In this document: piece after piece, positions 22,843-26,468 of the stretch
How the letters are laid out: every line of letters begins with the position of its first letter
Numbering within the stretch: the stretch's first letter is position 1
Virus record (IMG/VR): IMGVR_UViG_3300035534_000051
Span: 1 to 26,468 of that record
Direction: 5' to 3' (one strand)
Length of the DNA stretch: 26,468 nt
From: a virus
Lineage: Duplodnaviria; Caudoviricetes
The notes under the pieces: model-generated
What the model was told of the DNA's origin: nothing
The model's input: the letters and a program-made list of their open reading frames with translations, nothing else
Database searches by the model: none
Program-made: the position numbers and the translations under genes

Positions 22843-25735
22843 CAACACAGTAGAGGTCTTGATCAAGGCCCGAGATCGAGCGACCAAGGAAGTCGGGAAG
22901 GTGAACCAGGGCCTGTCGAAGCTGGAAGCCGCAGGGCATCGAGTTTCACGGGCCTTTTTTTCGCTCAAAACTGCGATAGCCGGGATCGGTGTTGCCTGGA
23001 GTGCAATCAGTGTCGCAAAGACTGGGGCTGCTTTTGAGCAGACCATGGCCGAAGTCCAGGGGATCACGCGGGCAACGAAGGCTGAATTTGAAGCGCTTGA
23101 AACTGTTGCCCGTGAAATGGGCGAGAGTACGGAATGGTCCGCATCCCAGGCCGCAGAGGGTCTAAAGTTTCTCAGTATGGCCGGAATGACGGCCTCGCAG
23201 TCGATTACGGCGCTTCCAGGAATGCTCGATCTTGCCACGGCTGGCGGGATCGAGCTTGGCCGTGCCGCAGATATTGCCACGGACACGCTTTCAGCCTTTC
23301 GGCTTGAGGTGGAAGAAACGGGCCGGGTCAATGACGTCTTTGCTCGAACCATCACTACCTCGAATACGAATATCGAACTCATGTCCGAAAGTATGAAGTA
23401 TGTCGCGGCAACAGCGGCAGGCTTCGGCTATTCCATCGAGGAAGCCAGTGCGTTAATCGGCATCTTGGGCAACAACGGAATTAAGGGGTCCATGGCCGGA
23501 ACCCAGCTTGCTCAATCGTTTATTCAAGCGAAGGAGGCTTTTGACTATTACGGGGTCTCAGCGCGGAATGCAGATGGGTCAAGCAAGGGGCTTGTTGAGG
23601 CTCTTGAACTACTCGAAGAGCAAGGGGCTACGACCGAAGAAGTTATGGAACTCTTCGGGGATAGGGCTGGCCGGGCCATCAACTCCTTTCTCGGTGTGGG
23701 AACAAAGGCTATCCGGAAGTACGTCGAGGAGATCAACAAGGCGGAGGGGGCTTCGACTACTCTCGCTACCACAATGCGCTCCACGACCCTTGCCGCATGG
23801 AAGGAGTGGAAATCGGTTGTCGAATCCATCAAGATCGACATTTTTGACAAGTACGGGGAATCCATAAAGCAGTTTTTGAAGGGCATGACCGAGGCCCTGC
23901 GAGGCTCGAAGGATCAGGTCATAGACGCTGTTGGGGTTATCGGGCCGCTTCTTGTCAGGATGCTTGCGGGTGTGATGAGAGCGTCAGGGAATACGGTTTT
24001 GGTTTTTGTTTCCTTGAAGCGGGCCCTGCACGACATAGGCACCTTTGCGGCGGCGGTTGCCACGGTCTTTGTGGATCTGGCGGCGGCTATGAACCTTTTG
24101 GACCCTGTAACGGCTTTCAAATCCGCGACGCAAGGATTCCGTGCCGCGATGCCAGAACTTGCAAAGGTCCGTGACAGCATCGACGAATTCGGAGAATCCC
24201 AGGCGCTGGCGGCACTCGAAACGGACAAACTCGGAAATGAAACCGCGAAGCTGGCGCTGGTTACTGACGGCTTGGCCGACAACATGCTTAAGATGTTGGA
24301 GCGGACCCAGAACGCAAAGAGCGCGACCAAAGATGAAACCGAGGCGATAAAGGAGAACACGGAAGCCAAGAAGGAGAACGCGAAGGCATCTGGCGGCGAA
24401 TCGGAAAGTAAGGCCAAAAGGCCAGTGGCAACTCTTCCCGTGTCAGAGGTGATCCGATCTGAAATGAGCGTGTTCCTGGCAGAAAATGAGACGCTCATCG
24501 CGGAGCTGGAATCGACATTTGACCGTGCCCTCGTGTCCGCTGATGAATACGTCAAGGGGCGAAAGCAGCTAATTCTTGATGGGATCGACAAGGAAATAGC
24601 GCTTACGAAAAGTGCCGGAACAGCGGAAATTGCACGGATGCAATCGCAGTATGACGGCATGATCAATGAGGCCGAGAAAAGAAATCTCTTGCAGCAGATC
24701 CTAAAAGCCCGGTTGAAGCTCGAAGAAGAACTAAGGATCAAGGCCGAGGAACGGAAACGCGCTGAAATCGAGCTTGCGGATCTTGAGGCCGACGCAGAAC
24801 AGAACGCCCTTGACGCAAAACGAGACAAGGATGAGGCTTTGCGGGATCTTCGCGGCCGGGCACTCGAAGAAGATGACGTAGAGGGCCGATTTGCGCTCGA
24901 AATCGAAGGTATAGAGGCGAAACATGTTCGTGAATTGGAAATGCTTTCGGAACACGGAGCATCCAAAAAGGAACTGCTGGAAGCGCAAGCACTTCAAGAA
25001 CAGGAAATCGAAAACAAAAAAGCTGCTCACCAAAAATCGCTATACGAACAACGCATCTCATGGGCTAAAGATTTTGTGGGGGGCATGGCCGACTCGATGC
25101 AGGCTTTGTATGCCTCTGGGCTGGCGCAGAGCGAGTCTATGTTCAAGGTCTATCAAGCCTTTGCAATCGCGGAGACGATTATCTCCACATATTCCAGTGC
25201 ACAGAAAGCGTACGATGATATGCTTGTCGCTGGTGGACCGTGGGCCATTCCGTTGGCCGTCGCCGCGGCAGCCGCGGCGGTAGCCGGTGGCATGGCCCGT
25301 GTAGCCGCCATCAAGTCCGCTAAACCCCAGGGCTACGCCTACGGTGGCCTGATAGGTGGTCCAGATGAGGGGGCTCGTGCGGACAATGTGACGATCAGGG
25401 CAACCCCGGGCGAATACATGATGGATCGGCCTACCGTAAGGCACTATGGTGTCCGTGTCATGGAGGCCTTGAGGCAAAGACTGGTACCCAGGGACCTACT
25501 CTCAAGCGTCCACTTGCCCGCTATTCGTCCTGCGTACGCGGGGCCGGGGTTTGCATACGGTGGGCAGGTGGGACGGCAAAATACCCCTTCTCGGCCCCCA
25601 CAGCAGACCACTATTGTCAACCTAACTGATAAGTCAGAACTGGATCGCTATCTGGCATCGGTTGAGGGTCAAAATGCGATTATGAATATCATCTCTACGC
25701 GGAGCCAGACTGTCCGGCGAATAGTGGGGGACTAG
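22832..25735 (+). CDS. Tail tape measure protein (TP901-type core), 967 aa
   Basis: FE..M..V; SA.QAA.G...L..AG; L...GIKGS.AGT.L; long Ala-rich helical body; C-terminal YA.GG...D.V.....PGEY. Confidence 0.93.
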   Translation: MARSNTVEVLIKARDRATKEVGKVNQGLSKLEAAGHRVSRAFFSLKTAIAGIGVAWSAISVAKTGAAFEQTMAEVQGITRATKAEFEALETVAREMGESTEWSASQAAEGLKFLSMAGMTASQSITALPGMLDLATAGGIELGRAADIATDTLSAFRLEVEETGRVNDVFARTITTSNTNIELMSESMKYVAATAAGFGYSIEEASALIGILGNNGIKGSMAGTQLAQSFIQAKEAFDYYGVSARNADGSSKGLVEALELLEEQGATTEEVMELFGDRAGRAINSFLGVGTKAIRKYVEEINKAEGASTTLATTMRSTTLAAWKEWKSVVESIKIDIFDKYGESIKQFLKGMTEALRGSKDQVIDAVGVIGPLLVRMLAGVMRASGNTVLVFVSLKRALHDIGTFAAAVATVFVDLAAAMNLLDPVTAFKSATQGFRAAMPELAKVRDSIDEFGESQALAALETDKLGNETAKLALVTDGLADNMLKMLERTQNAKSATKDETEAIKENTEAKKENAKASGGESESKAKRPVATLPVSEVIRSEMSVFLAENETLIAELESTFDRALVSADEYVKGRKQLILDGIDKEIALTKSAGTAEIARMQSQYDGMINEAEKRNLLQQILKARLKLEEELRIKAEERKRAEIELADLEADAEQNALDAKRDKDEALRDLRGRALEEDDVEGRFALEIEGIEAKHVRELEMLSEHGASKKELLEAQALQEQEIENKKAAHQKSLYEQRISWAKDFVGGMADSMQALYASGLAQSESMFKVYQAFAIAETIISTYSSAQKAYDDMLVAGGPWAIPLAVAAAAAAVAGGMARVAAIKSAKPQGYAYGGLIGGPDEGARADNVTIRATPGEYMMDRPTVRHYGVRVMEALRQRLVPRDLLSSVHLPAIRPAYAGPGFAYGGQVGRQNTPSRPPQQTTIVNLTDKSELDRYLASVEGQNAIMNIISTRSQTVRRIVGD

Positions 25736-26468
25736 GTGATAGCTAACGAGATCCTTGCCGTGCGCCCTGACTGGTCCGATACCTTGCGTATGGAATATGC
25801 CTGGAAGACGACCATCAAGCGCGGGCTCGCCGGGCATGAAAAACGATCCGGCCTTTTGTCGGCACCAAGACGCGCCTTCGAGTTTACAGTGCAAGCCCGC
25901 ACCGGTCTTGAATCCGAGATGCTGAAAAAGCGGCTCTATACGGCACATGGGAAGATATTTGGGGTGCCGCTATGGACAGACGCGACCGCTCTTGCGGTGG
26001 GAGTTAGTGCCGGGGCAACCTCTTTGCCGGTTCTGGAAACCGGCTTTCGTCTTTTCCAGGCTGACAGCCTCGCGATTATCGTGTCCGGTGGTTCTTACGA
26101 GGTTGTGGAGGTCTCGGGCGTTTCGACAAGTGTGCTCTCCCTGGCCGAGGCCGTGACACAAGACTGGCCGGCGGGATCTTTTGTAGCCCCATTCTTCCAG
26201 GGTCGTGTCGATGACTCAAAGACGACGGTCACGGGGAAGACGGATCGTGACGGCACAGTCTCCTTGCGCCTGCTTGAAGAGTTTGACGAGCGTTTTTCAG
26301 TCCCGACACCGGACATGACCGATTACCCTACATACAACGGTTTGCCGGTCTTGAATACCCCGCACAACTGGTCTGACAGGTATAGCCAGACGATGGAGAT
26401 GGACACGGAAGCCTTTTCGTTCTCTTCTCTGGCCGGGTTGACCGAAAGGGTTCTGACGCAAGATGAAC
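25736..26468 (+). CDS. Distal tail / virion structural protein; truncated at the window edge and absent from the ORF track
   Basis: GTG immediately after the tape measure stop; open to the end: MIANEILAVRPDWSDTLRMEYAWKT...GHEKR..L..PRR.F. Confidence 0.8.
   Translation, partial: MIANEILAVRPDWSDTLRMEYAWKTTIKRGLAGHEKRSGLLSAPRRAFEFTVQARTGLESEMLKKRLYTAHGKIFGVPLWTDATALAVGVSAGATSLPVLETGFRLFQADSLAIIVSGGSYEVVEVSGVSTSVLSLAEAVTQDWPAGSFVAPFFQGRVDDSKTTVTGKTDRDGTVSLRLLEEFDERFSVPTPDMTDYPTYNGLPVLNTPHNWSDRYSQTMEMDTEAFSFSSLAGLTERVLTQDE

Noticed and set aside
23914-24966. 350-aa minus-strand ORF and other long antisense ORFs (e.g. 15945-16496, 16195-16836, 14293-14904)
   Set aside because: Shadows of well-supported genes on the opposite strand; Ser/Arg-biased with no motifs
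1-26468. Genome-wide TAG reassignment; tRNA, integrase, cI, reverse transcriptase/DGR or IS elements
   Set aside because: Many conserved genes end properly at TAG with the next gene starting immediately; no tRNA cloverleaf or integrase, S24-repressor, RT or transposase motifs were seen in this window

Overview
The whole window is about 26 kb of a tailed dsDNA phage or prophage with a siphovirus-type tail. The SSB sequence suggests a Desulfovibrio-like (Desulfobacterota) host, which is an inference. From left to right: (1) a leftward recombination arm (Cas4/AddB-like PD-(D/E)XK nuclease, putative annealase, Zn-finger microprotein); (2) an AT-rich divergent control region with no cI-like gene; (3) a rightward early operon of tiny ORFs plus DUF932; (4) a Cro-like HTH gene; (5) replication genes (O-like initiator with iterons, DnaC-like loader, Hc1-like protein, SSB, VRR-NUC); (6) a ParB plus TAGT/GREB1-like glycosyltransferase pair just before terS/terL; (7) head genes, with the portal cassette inverted; (8) a lysis-like cassette containing a PAS-domain protein and a TraR/DksA-type Zn finger; (9) tail tube, chaperones, tape measure and a truncated tail gene. 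The most unusual signals are the PAS/TraR-containing lysis cassette, with an in-frame amber codon linking a membrane peptide to the PAS protein, and an early-gene regulatory circuit. That circuit has a repeated 20-bp operator-like dyad, a repeated 5'-leader motif (ACACGGAnACAAAAnCCTC), and a promoter- and terminator-bounded ~100-nt antisense RNA complementary to the motif. All family assignments come from motif recognition by eye, with no database searches.
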